A stretch of 64,000 nt of DNA from Fonticula alba ATCC 38817 (taxonomy: Eukaryota; Protista; Nucleariida). Position 1 is the first letter of the stretch. The number at the start of each line of letters is the position of its first letter. The DNA lies in assembly GCA_000388065.2 (NCBI GenBank), contig KB932201.1; one strand, given 5' to 3'. The notes under the pieces were generated by a model. The model was not told the DNA's origin, did not search any database, and worked only from the letters and a program-made list of their open reading frames with translations. A program made the position numbers and the translations under genes. This document shows positions 11,879-23,949 of this stretch, one piece after another.

Positions 11879-13223
11879 GGCGGTTGTCGTCGAGGGGGCT
11901 GCCCAGCCAGCAAGTTAGGGCGCGCACGGGCAAACGCAAGGCGAGCAGGCGAGGGGGGCAATTGCAGCAAGGCCAGAGGACGGGAGGGATGACCCGCCGC
12001 CCCGGGCCAGGCACGAGCCGGCGGGGTGCCCGAAAAAAAAAAAAAGGCAGGGCGCCCCACCGGGAGGGTCCCCTTCCGGTGCCGAGCCTCGGCTCGGAAC
12101 CCCATGTCCCCGGGCCACTGCCACCTCCGCGCATGCACAAGGGAGCGCCGAGGCGGGGCAATCTAGACATCCTGGCAGAGGCGGCGCCGCACACCCCCGG
12201 TCGGGGAAGCTTCGGAGCCGGGCCATTTGCGTCTCCAATCGTTGGCACTCGGCATTATTGGAGATCTGAAAATTGACAGGTTTTTCCGCAATTCCCATGC
12301 CTGCTTTTGGCGGGCTTGCTCCCGGGCGCCCCCGCCCCCGCCGCCCCCCCCCCTCATTCGGGGCCGCTTTCGGCCTCGAGCGGTCTCGCTCTCTCGCTTT
12401 CTCGCGCAGCCCCCGGCGGCTGGTCGGTCTTCCGCACTGGCCCGCATCAGGGCGTGCTAGCACCCACGAGCCGGCCCTTCTCCGGACAAAGAGAAGACAC
12501 ATTCTTTCGCATTGGCGGTTTTGGAACCGCCCCCCCCCCCCCCCCCCGACGGCCGGGCCGCCCGAAGGGGCGAGTGTTTCTTCTTTCGCGCCAACTTCCT
12601 TGTCACCCGCCGAGGCCCCCGCCCCCCGGCCGGCGCGACTGGCAGATCTAGATTCGCACCGTCGGCCCTTCCCCGCCCCACCCGGCTGTGGCTTCCCCGC
12701 TCCGGCCAGGTTGTTCTTTAAGGGCAAGTAGACACCGTCGCCNNNNNNNNNNNNNNNNNNNNNNNNNNNNNNNNNNNNNNNNNNNNNNNNNNNNNNNNNN
12801 NNNNNNNNNNNNNNNNNNNNNNNNNNNNNNNNNNNNNNNNNNNNNNNNNNNNNNNNNNNNNNNNNNNNNNNNNNNNNNNNNNNNNNNNNNNNNNNNNNNN
12901 NNNNNNNNNNNNNNNNNNNNNNNNNNNNNNNNNNNNNNNNNNNNNNNNNNNNNNNNNNNNNNNNNNNNNNNNNNNNNNNNNNNNNNNNNNNNNNNNNNNN
13001 NNNNNNNNNNNNNNNNNNNNNNNNNNNNNNNNNNNNNNNNNNNNNNNNNNNNNNNNNNNNNNNNNNNNNNNNNNNNNNNNNNNNNNNNNNNNNNNNNNNN
13101 NNNNNNNNNNNNNNNNNNNNNNNNNNNNNNNNNNNNNNNNNNNNNNNNNNNNNNNNNNNNNNNNNNNNNNNNNNNNNNNNNNNNNNNNNNNNNNNNNNNN
13201 NNNNNNNNNNNNNNNNNNNNNNN

Positions 13224-14200
13224 CTGGCTCTCTGACAGCCAGAGTGCGTCGACCCGCCGTGTCTTGCCCCCGGCTCCGCTCGGCCTGCGCCTTCCATGGC
13301 CAGCTACTGACCCTCCTCACACGTTGTCCTCCGCCTGCTTGCCATTTGGTGACAGAAATCGGCCTCGGCCTGACGGCATTCGGTTTGGTTTTCGGCGCGC
13401 TCGGAATACTCTTTTTCTTCGACTCCGCACTCATCTCCATGGGCAATGTTCGTTCGCTCGCCCTCGCTCCCCCCCCCCCCCCTTTCGCACGTCCCCGTCT
13501 CTCTCGCCCCACATCAACTGACGGCTTCTCCTCCTCCTTCTCCTCCTCTCTGTCCCTCTCCCGCTCTCGTTCCCGCGGATGCTCCACACCAAAACAGATC
13601 CTCTTCCTCCTGGGCATCCTCTTCGTCATCGGGCCAAAGTCCGTGATGAAGTGTGTCCTGCGTGGAGGCAACCGCCGTCTCAAGGGAACGATCGCCCTGC
13701 TGGGGGGTGTTGTGATCGTCTTTTTCCGGTACTCCGTCATCGGAGTCATTCTTGAGGCCTACGGTGCCTTTGTCCTCTTCGGGTGCGTGTCCAATGCTCC
13801 CTGCTCTTGCATTTTTCGCCCTGCTATACCCCCCCCCCNNNNNNNNNNNNNNNNNNNNNNNNNNNNNNNNNNNNNNNNNNNNNNNNNNNNNNNNNNNNNN
13901 NNNNNNNNNNNNNNATGGGCACTGCTTTCCCTCAGGCAAGCCAGTTGCCCTCCTGCCCCCGTCCCCCCCCCCCCCCCCCCCGATTAGCAATTCCGTCACT
14001 CAACCACTCCATCCCGCTCCAACCTCCTGCGCTTTCTCCCCCTTCGCCCTTCTCCTCGGGTCTGGCACCACGCCACCAGCGACTTTGCCCCCCAGGCCAT
14101 TCGCTTCCTCCGGCGGATCCCGATCGCCGGACAGGTCTTGTCCCTCCCATTCATCTCCATGATTGTTGACAAGATCGCCGGGCCCCGGCAGCCGGTGTGA
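13224..14200 (+). CDS. GOT1: Got1/GOLT1 vesicle transport protein; start codon lies in the N gap
   Basis: Exons <13224-13243, 13356-13447, 13598-13782, 14080-14200 splice in frame to ..WLSDSQKIGLGLTAFG..FFDSALISMGNILFLLG..LFGDFAPQAIRFLRRIPIAGQVLSLPFISMIVDKIAGPRQPV*. Confidence 0.9.
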
Positions 14201-15095
14201 CAGGCAACACCCAACCCCGGCATGCTAGCCACTTGGCATTGGCAAGGGTCGCCGATAGGCGTGTCCTCTGCCTCCATGCCCCTTCCCTCCCCCCCCCCTG
14301 GCCCTTCTCCTTTCTCCTCCCTCTCCCCTGCCCCTCGTCCCTGTTGCCATCCATTGGGGCCCACCAAGAGTTGTACCACTAGACCCCCCCTCCCCCCCCC
14401 TCCCGCATGCCCTTTGCTCCAATCTCCTTGCCAGCCGCGCCTAGATGTGGGACTCGCTCCGGGAGAGGCTGTCCCCCGATCGCCAAGGCAATGCTGGTGG
14501 AGCCCGTCGTGCTCTATGTTCAGAATACAATCACATGCCTCTGAAACGCCATTGTCCGATGGGCCCCGGTAGTTCTGTCAGCTCCCCCTCCTTTGCGTCC
14601 CCACTCCATCGCGCTGGTCTGTCTTGCCACTCCAATATTTGCTGACACAAAAGGCGCGGAAACCTGACTCGGGGGGGGGGGGGGGGGAGGGAACTCGCGG
14701 CACCCCCTTGTGATGCGTCTCTCCGCCGACCGGCCCTTGCTCCTCGGTTTGTAGGTGGATATGCCTAGTTGGAGGTGAACTACCACCAGCACATCTCCTG
14801 GGGCGTGCACACGGTTGGATGACGGGGACCAGGACGGGCACAGTGCTCGGGCTGATTGGTTCAGACCTTCCACACACACACAGACACTTTCTCCCCCCCC
14901 CCCCCCCTTCTGTGCTTGTAGAGTGGGCTAGATCTCCGCTGTGGTGTTTTCCCGATCTTTCCCTCCTGTCTGGCACATATCTGGTGCCGGGCTGGGGATG
15001 CGCCCGGCCAGGGCCCAAGGCAGACAGCCAGTCCCGCCCGCCTCCCTTGTCTGCTTGCACTGCTTCTCCCCCCCCTCCCTCTCTCCCCGATCACC

Positions 15096-16527
15096 ATGTT
15101 CTCTCTTGCCACTCGTACTGCCGCCTCCTCGGCCGCGCGCGCCGGTGTCTTCCGCGCCGCCGTCCCCCGCGCCAGCTACTCCGTCATGTGTACCTACCCG
15201 CATCCCTCGCTCCATCCCCCCCGCCCGCTTGCTCCCTTCTTTCTTTTCTTTTTTTTTTTTCTTCCCCTCCCCGCCCCCTGCTGCCATGCCACTCCTGGTC
15301 TCTGACACGTGGCCCAACCCCAAGCCAACAACGATGATGAGTACTGCAACTTTGCCGAGCTCATGGTCTCCGTCGACCGCGACGAGGGCACCGCCACTGT
15401 CACCTTCGCCCGCCCGAAGTCTCTCAACGGTGCGTTCCGCTCCTTGGCGCCCCCTCTCCCCATGCGCCTGCCCATCCTCTACAATCACTCACCCATCAGT
15501 CCTCCCTGCCTCGCATCCACATTCGTACTCCTGGCAGCCCTGTGCGAGAGCATGATGACCGAGCTGAACCGCGCCTTCAAGATGCTCGATGCCGATGACT
15601 CCGTCCGTGCTATCGTCCTCACTGGTGACAACGTCTCCTTCGCCGGTACGACCGCCGCTCCCTCCCTTCCTATGCGGCCCCCAGGCCTCCTGCCCCCTCC
15701 GCCCGATGCTGACCCCCCCCCCCCCTCGCCCTGCTGTGTTGTCTTTGCTTGCTTTCTTGGGAAATCGCAGCCGGCGCCGACATCAAGGAGATGGCCAAGC
15801 AGACCTACCCCGAGGCCCTGCGCGTCAACTTCCTGGCCCACTGGACCGATGCCTTCAAGATCTCCAAGCCGGTGATCGCCGCCGTTCGCGGCCACGCCCT
15901 CGGTGGCGGCTGCGAGGTTGCCATGATGTGCGACATCATCTACGCCAGCACGGACGCGCGCTTCGCCCAGCCGGAGGTCCGCCTCGGCACCATCCCCGGT
16001 GCCGGTGGCACCCAGCGCCTGGTCCGCGCCGTGGGCAAGTCCCGCGCCATGGAGCTCTGCCTGACTGGCGATGTCCTGACTGCCAACGAGGCCTGCTCTC
16101 TGGGTCTGGTCAGCAAGGTCTTCCAGCCTGATGAGGTCCTCGGTGCGGCCCAGAAGCTCGCCCGCAAGATCGCCTCCCAGTCCGCCCCGGTGGTCAAGCT
16201 CATCAAGGAGGCCGTCAACGCCTCGCAGGAGATGTCCCTCGAGGCTGGCCTCGCCTACGAGCGCCGCCTCTTCCATTCTACCTTCTCCCTGGTGCGTACA
16301 TCCGCCCCGCGGGCCCTCCTCCCCCTCCGCATACACACATGCATGTGTGCATAGGGGGTCAGACACGTGCACATGCCCATGCTTCCCTTGCTCACCTTTG
16401 CCTTGATCTCTCCCTCTCTCCCTCTCTCCCTCTCTCTGTCTCTTCCCCTCCACGCACGCAGGACGACCAGAAGGAGGGTATGGCCGCCTTCATTGAGAAG
16501 CGCCCTGCCAAGTTCACCAACCAGTAA
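15096..16527 (+). CDS. ECHS1: Mitochondrial short-chain enoyl-CoA hydratase (crotonase family), about 297 aa
   Basis: Exons 15096-15189, 15325-15429, 15538-15645, 15771-16291, 16462-16527. Arg/Ala/Ser presequence; AAGADIKEM, ALGGGCEVAMMCD, FAQPEVRLGTIPGAGGTQRL, DQKEGMAAFIEKR. Confidence 0.95.
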
Positions 16528-17166
16528 GGACCTCCATCCTGGTGCACGACCTCAGTGACCGGACGAGGGGATGGAATGCCTTTCATGCTTTCTCCCCTCG
16601 CCCATGCGCGGCTGGACACCCGCGCTGCTGGGCAGGGGAGAAAGCTCGACAGAGAGGTGCTTCTCGTGTGCGCGTGCGCGCGCGCGCGCGCCCCGCATTT
16701 CACCATCCTTTTTTCCGCCCACCGCCTCGTGCGCACGGGGCCATCTCTCATGCCATTGGGCCAGGCCCTGTCTGGTCGCTTATGTCCCTGGCCGTGTCCC
16801 CCGTGCTGTGAAACAAATACACCGCACACCTGTTCCCAATGATGCCCTCGGCTGGCTCCGCCCCTTCCAGAGGAGAGGACCTCTCATCTCCGGACCGCGC
16901 GCCTTTCAAAGGAGGAGGGGGGGGGGCGGGGGTGGAGAAGGAGTGCCTCTATTTTGATGGATGCTGGCACGCCGGGACAGCGGGGGAACATGCACACACG
17001 TGCAGGGGGGGGGGGGGGACCGGAAAGAAAAAACACAGACCGGGGAGAAGGAGGCCCCGTGGGCCGTCGGGAGGCAGAAGGGACGGGGGCGGGACTGGAT
17101 GCCCGCAAACACACGCATACACCGAACACGCGAGACCGTGGCACTCCCAAGGGAGAGGGGTTTCCA

Positions 17167-19321
17167 CTACTCGAAGCTGAAGGAGAATGGGTCCACCACA
17201 CGCCGGAGCTCGGTGCAACGCTGGAGAGCCGCCTCGGCGGAGGCCAGCTCAGCCCGGGCGTAAGCCCGCAGTGCATCCAACGAAGCACGTGTGTCCAGGG
17301 CAAACCGCGGCAGCGTGTCATCGGCAGACATGTCCGAAGGATGGGGCTGGTCCTTGGCCTGCTCGGAGGGGGGCTCCTGGGCGCCGGCCTGGCTGGGATC
17401 CTCCTCGTGCAGGGTGGCAAGGACCCCGGCATCGGCCACGTCCGGCGTGGCTGGCAGCGAAGCCTCCTTCGTGGCCTCCTTCAACGGGGGCTGCATTTCG
17501 CCCAGACCCAGATCCCACAGAAGCTCGGCATGGGCCTTCTTCAGGGTGTCGGCTGCGGCCTGCTGATTCTCGGCGGCCATGTCCAGAGCCACCGAGGCAA
17601 ACAATTCCTGCTGGCCACCAGACCCATACGCCGGGCTGTTGGAGACCCCCCGACGCTTGGCATGGGTGGCGACAGCCTCATCGTAGGCCTTGACGAAGTG
17701 CGATGAAAAGAAGTTGATTGCCAGCTGGGCCAAGGAAGCGGGAGGGGGAAAGACATCGTAAGGAGAAGAAGCAGACCCAGAGGACATGCAGCATGCAGGG
17801 AAGGGCAACAACAGACGGCCGGGGCCCGCCATCGTACCGCGGCATTCCGGTACCGGTGACCATTGAGCGCGGCGAAAATGTAGCGTGTTCCGGCCGTAGC
17901 AGGCTCCCCACCGGCTGGCTGACTCGGAACAGTGAGATCGCTGGAGGAGATGTCCGCCGGGGAGATCATGGAAATGCTGCCCGAGTCCTCCTGATCGCCG
18001 CCCGGAGGTGCGATGAAGTCGGCAAGGCCATGAGCAAGCCTGCGCCGGGAGGCCGGAGAAAGTGACCCCAAGTCCAGAAGTCAATGGGGGAAGGGCAACA
18101 GGGGGAGGAAGGAAGAAGAGCCGTCGCGGTGGACGCCAGGTGAGGGACGCACGCTTTCAGGACGGCCGAGGTCTCGGCGTCAGCCACCGCCTTGAGCGAG
18201 TGAAACAGCTTCTCCCTCACAGCAGCTTGCTCTGGGGAGGAAGGGGGGAGAGGGGGGGAGGTGATGTCAGTGGCGGGAGACAGGCGGAAAGCATATGGCC
18301 CGGTCAGACGTCAGAACAGCTTGAGGCAGGTCAGGCGAGGGGGAGGGGGGGGGCCTCTGGCACGCACCATGCTCAGCCTGGGTGAGGCGCGCGGCGCAAG
18401 CCGAAACATGGCGCCAGGTGTCGTAGGCGGCGCGGGCTCCGGCGGATGTCCCTTCCAGGGCATTGACATCGATCAATGCACTAACCGGCAGGGCGCCAAC
18501 CTGCTCAGCCGGGCTGGGGCCTGACCCGAAGCCCAGGCTCAGCAGGGAAGACTTTTCCCGCAGCAAGCCGCGAACCTTCTGCCCAAGGGAGGGGTCTAGC
18601 GAGGGGTCCGGCCCGGTGGGCAGTCGCTCGGGGGCCGCCACTGGCCCGGCTACAAAAAAGGCCACCACATAGGGAGACCGGTTGAGTTGGGGATGAGCCA
18701 CCAGTTGGCCGAACCAGCGCGACACCTCGGCAACGATGGCCGGGGTCGAGGCTTGGAGGCAACGGACCGCCGCCGCGGGTACATCCGACCGGGCCATGCG
18801 GACCAGACGCGCGGTCAGCCCGCCCCCGGGACTGCCAGGGCTAGCCGGCCCGGCATCCGCCGGCAGGGGATCGCCATAGCTGACCGTGTGCTCGGAGCCC
18901 CGACCGGCGCCCGAACTGGCCATCGTCGGGGACCCTGCTCCCGATGAGCTGGCCGTCTGGCTGGCATCGAGACCAAGCGCCGGGAGCATGCCGCGCCCGC
19001 CGATGGCGAAGTCCAGATGGAGAGCATTCTCCAGGGACTTGACCGAGGCCACAGAGCGGGTGCACGAAATGCTCTTCAGATAGAACTCCGGCAGGTTGGT
19101 CTTGAAGCACGCATGGGTGTGTCAACGCGGTGCAAATTTCACGAGATCAAGGATAAGGGAGGGGGAGGGGGGGGGGGAGAGAGAAAGATGAGGAGGCGGA
19201 GGAGGCGGAGGAGGCAAGGAGGTGATGCACGTACCACAAGAGAGAAATCCAGCAGGATGTCGCCCAGGGAGGCCGGCGAGGCCGGGCTGGTCGGCGAGAG
19301 GGCAATGTGGACGTTCAGCAT
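17167..19321 (-). CDS. Divergent PX-BAR sorting nexin, Vps17/SNX5-6-like, about 552 aa
   Basis: Exons 19321-19235, 19100-18368, 18231-18153, 18039-17838, 17724-17167 are all phase-compatible. PX start ILLDFSLV-TNLPEF resembles Vps17 FDVHTNLP; PX end VAHPQLNRSPYVVAFF; the C-terminal half is helical and BAR-like. The start codon could be further upstream. Confidence 0.6.
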
Positions 19322-20743
19322 CGCAGGGAGGGGGACGAAGGGGGGATGGACCGAACAGAGAGGACACAGAGGACAGGGAGGGCAGGGGAGGAGAAGAAGG
19401 CTAGTACGGGCGGGGGGAGGAGAGGCAGGGCCTGGCTCGGGATCCTTGACGAGCCTGGCCGAGTTCCCCGGCCCTGGGTCCGATGAATAGGCCCCCGGCA
19501 AGCTGCAACAGCCATTGTTATGATCAACGCCGCCGCCAGCGCTGTTAGCAATGACGCCGCTCGGTGGCCGGTGGTGCCCCCTTGTCCGGGACAAGAAGCA
19601 TGGCCCTCGCACACCACAGGCCAGCCCCAATCCTCCCTGGCGCTTGTACACCCTCCGGAGGAGTGGCATCCCCGCCCTGGGGGCGCCCGGATGAAAAAAG
19701 CCGGCCAAAGAGATCTCCCCCCGCAGCGCAGGGCTCGGACAGCTGGCCGTGCCTCGGACGGCGCGCCCCGGCACCCCTGCCCGACCTCCCTACGACCTGG
19801 TCCCATATGGTGCGCGCCCCGGCCTCCAGGACACGCTTCATCCAAACCTGCCCTGGAGACGCGGCTGGGAAAGCGTCCCCCCCCCCCCCGCTCCCGCCCC
19901 CTCCACCCCCAAGCAGCCTCTGAGCGGGTACAAGAACATGGGGGGACACCCGGGCGCGACAATGAGAGGGCATCTGAAATAGGCCCGGCACCCATGTGAT
20001 ACGAAATACTTCCCACGGTGCGGGCCCCATAAGCCGGGTCCGTTGGCTCTCCTGCGTTTGGGGAAGGAAGCCAAGACCGAAGCACACACCGAAGTACCCC
20101 CTCGGGTGTGTGTGTGTGTGTGTGTGTTCATCCTTGCCGCGAGTTTCCGTGACCCCCCCCCCCCCCCGGCCCAACTCCCCCCTGGGCTCGCTGCCACTCC
20201 TGCCCCTCACCGCTGCGCCGATCCCGCTCCAATCTCCCCTGCTCAGGTATGCTCGCGAATATGTACCGGCCGCGAGAAGAGAGAGAGAGAGAGAGAGAAG
20301 GACAAAGGGGGACACACGTTATTGCAAGGATATATTCACATGCGCCCATGCCGGGGAGGGACATGACCCTCTCCTCTCCCGCCCACAACCGAGGTGATGT
20401 CCATTTGCCCACCCCGGGGAGAGTATGGCCAACAGACACACTTGCACCCCCGGCAAAAGGGAGCAGGGAGGGGGACAAGCGAGGAAGTAGGCGGAGGGAG
20501 AGAGGAAAGAGCACAAAGGGCGGGGCGGGGGGGAGCGCCGAAAGAACCTCGAGGAGACGTGCTTCGGTGCGCGCGCGCGCACGTACACACACCTGGGCTT
20601 GCCCAGGCGCCTGATGATGAAGAGAGCCTCCACGGGAGAGCGCTCCGCCCCCTGGCCTGGCCGTGCGGGCTTCTCCGTGTGTGAAAAAGGAAAACAGCCG
20701 GCCACCCTCTTCGACACTTGGAACGCAACACGAGCCCTGGCCA

Positions 20744-23700
20744 CTACTGCTTCAGGATGCAAGTACGGCACCAGGGGCGACCATCGCGGATGATGCAGTT
20801 GCTGTCGAGGGGCTTGTTGCAGCCGCGCGGAGCGGTGTCCGGCTCGGGAGCCGGCTCGCCCTCGGCCGGCACCGGCACCGGGCCACGGGGACCACCCGAC
20901 CCGCACACCAGGCACCGCTTGTGCCAGACCGTGCCCGAGGGACCGGGAGCACGCTCGCTCATGTACACGGCCTTGCCACACTCGAGAGAGGCACAGTTGT
21001 TGGCCCCGCCGAGGGACCCGAACACGGCCACCCGCGAGGGGGAGTTGAACCCGCGGAAACCAACCCCGGCGCTGGCGGAGTTGTTGAAGGAGGGAACCGT
21101 GGCATTGGGCCGGGGGGACTCAGGCCCGGCCGGGGTCTTCGGGGTGGCCGGGACATCCTCCGACTCGCCGTAGTCCGGGCGGACGAAGGACGGGCGGAAG
21201 TTCGACCGATTGTCGATCTCCACGGCCTCGAGCTTCTCGCGCGCGGCACGCTCGGCCTCCTCGACCACGGCCGCCGCATCGCCGGCCTCCTTGCGAGCGG
21301 CGCGCTCCTCCTCCGACAGGTCCGGCAGCGGGCGCGCCGTCACAATCTGCACACTGGCCTTGGGCTTGGCCAGCGGGGCGCTCGGGGCAGCGTCATCCGA
21401 GGTGCCGTAATCCGGGCGAATGGCACCAGGACGGAAGTTGGACGAAGTGTCGATGCCGGTGTCATCCTCGGCGGCGGGGGAGGCGGCCGAAGCACCGGTG
21501 GTGGCGCTGCTCGGGGCCGGGGTGGTCGGCGTCTCCGGGGGGCTGGCTCCGCGAGAGGTGGCGCCAGGAGCGGCCGCGGCCGCGGTGGCGAACACACCGG
21601 CCGGCGAAGCCGGCGCCCGGCGACCGTTACCAGCCCAGCCCGGCGGCGGGCGAGTGCCAGAGCCAGGCTCGATCCCGGTGCTGCGCAGGTGCTTGCCCGC
21701 CTTGGCGCAGGTGTCACAGACGGCCCACACCGGGCGCGCCTTGTCCCGCTTCACCTCCAGGGCATTGACCGCCGTGGAGTTGGTCTGGCCCACCGGCGCG
21801 GCGGGCATCTCCACGAAGGGCACACCGGTCAGCTGCCGGCCACAGGCCTTCAGGCAGCAGGTGAAGCACTCCGCATGCAGGCGCATGTTCCGGTACGACA
21901 GGACGCGGCCCTGGAGGATGGCCTTCTCGCACTTGCCGCAGCGTTCGGCGGTGGCCTCGCGCTCGGCATCAATGCACTGGACACCAATGACGCACACGCA
22001 AGCGAGCGTGGACAGATGAGCATGTTAGGCACGGGTACANNNNNNNNNNNNNNNNNNNNNNNNNNNNNNNNNNNNNNNNNNNNNNNNNNNNNNNNNNNNN
22101 NNNNNNNNNNNNNNNNNNNNNNNNNNNNNNNNNNNNNNNNNNNNNNNNNNNNNNNNNNNNNNNNNNNNNNNNNNNNNNNNNNNNNNNNNNNNNNNNNNNC
22201 CCCCCCCCCGCCATGCAGGCACACGCGTACCTCGGGATGGTACAGCGTCAGGGTGATGTCCAGGTCGGCCACCTCGTCATCAAGCGAGCGGGTGATCCGG
22301 TGGTCGGTGAAGCCCTTGCTGCAGTAGCTGCAGGACAGGCACTCGGCATGGAACTTGCGTCCATGCGGGTCACCGGGGAGCATGACACCGGACTGGGTGA
22401 AGGGGCCCTTGCAAATGTTGCACGCGTCCTTCAGGTCAACATAGGCCCCGGTGGGGGCGTGCTTGGCCGCCGACTGGGCAGCCACCTGCTCCTTCTGTGC
22501 CTGGCTCAGGCTCGGATCCTGGGCCACGGGGATCGACCCGGTGGGGCTCTGCTCGGCGGTGCGAGTGGGGTCCTCGTCCTCGACGGCGGCAATGGCGTCG
22601 GCGGCGGCCTGGCGCATGGCGTCGATCTCCGCGCGACGGATCTTGGCGGACTCGAGATTGCGCTCGGAGCGAGCAACCGCCTCACGGGTCTCGGCGTCGC
22701 TGTGACAGGCGCAAAGGCAAGCGGACATTAGGACTCGGCACATGGGGGATACGACAAGGCGCAAGGACGGGCGGCGGGAGGCGACACGCACATCGGCAGC
22801 TTGGAGGCGGTGCCAGGGGCGAGGATCTTGAAGCAGTCCACGCAATGGGGCTTGTCGCGGACCATGCCGTAGGCGACATCAAGCGAGGCCTGGCCAGGGA
22901 GAAGGGGAAAGACGATGACAGAGGATGGGGCATTAGCTCGGGGCAGGGGGGAGAAGAAAGCCACAAGGGGGAAGGAGGGCGGAGGGCCGGGGCCGGGGCC
23001 GGGGCCGGGGCCGGGGCCGGGGCCGGCGACAGAAGGAACGAGGCGGCCAAACGAGAGTAGCATGATGGAAGAGCGGGGAAATGACCATGCACACGCACAT
23101 TGCACTCCTTGCACACGAAGCACTTGATGTGGAAGCGGACCAGGCCGTCCTTGCCGGCATCGGAGGCACGCGCCCCGAGGCCGGGCTTCACCTCGACACC
23201 CTCGCCGGTGAGGTCCTGCCCACAACCGGCACAGGAGGGCGGCACATAGCAGGCCAGGTGGAAGCGATCGTCGCCGACCTTCACCCACTGGGGGAGCTCG
23301 TTGGCATCACCGAGGGAAGAGTCATCCGAGCCGGGAGACACGTACAGAGGCTGCTTGCAAGCAGCGCAGCTGTGGGTCACGAAGTGGGGGCACGGGCCAA
23401 CTTGGCGTCAATATCATCTGGCCACTGGGCCGGGGCACAGGATGCGCGCATGGGCAAGCATGACACGAGGGGAGCAACACATACCCCTCCTTGAAGAAGA
23501 GGTCCTTGTAGCAGGGGATGCAGTACGGCTTGCCGAGGAAATCACCGTACGGCCCCTCAAGGGCACCGTCAGTGCACTTCTGCTCGCAGTTGAAGCAGTC
23601 CTTGTGCACCCACTCGGGGTGGACGTTGGCCATGCGCCGGAGGCCGGCGTCCAGACCGTCGGCACCCTCGGCGTCCAGCAGCGCCGACGAGACGTATGCG

Positions 23701-23949
23701 TCGGTGTGCTGCTTGGCCAGCTCCATGGAGGCCTGGTTCAGGCGGGTGCCATCATAGGCTGAGGCGGAGGCATGGGCGGTGCGAGTATCACACACGCAGG
23801 GGGGGTGGTTAGCCTGCGGCAAGCCGGCTGGCGAAGGGGGGGTCTTCGCCCGTGTGCGTGCGTGCGTGCGTATGTGGGGGAGGGGGAAGGAGAGGGGAAG
23901 GAGAGAACATACCGTAGTCCGCGAATTCCGAAGGGACGTTGTGGCTCAT
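20744..23949 (-). CDS. Multi-LIM zinc-finger protein (four full LIM-type modules plus a partial and a half module), about 793 aa
   Basis: Exons 23949-23913, 23758-23485, 23369-23099, 22889-22792, 22699-22231, 21976-20744. Repeated CxxC..HxxC(F)xCxxC..CxxC patterns, for example CAGC..FHIKCFVCKEC..HCVDC. The last LIM is CRP-like (CGKAVYMSER..WHKRC). Confidence 0.88.

Noticed and set aside
11634-11918. Plausible-looking + strand 94-aa ORF (MALKEVRIYQKG..)
   Set aside because: It is antisense to glutaminase exons 1-2 and intron 1, which explain the sequence with canonical splice sites.
20663-22327. 554-aa + strand ORF
   Set aside because: Antisense shadow of the LIM gene's last exon.
22982-23027. 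(GGGGCC)n hexamer array
   Set aside because: Simple intronic microsatellite in the LIM gene; not CRISPR-like, with no spacers.
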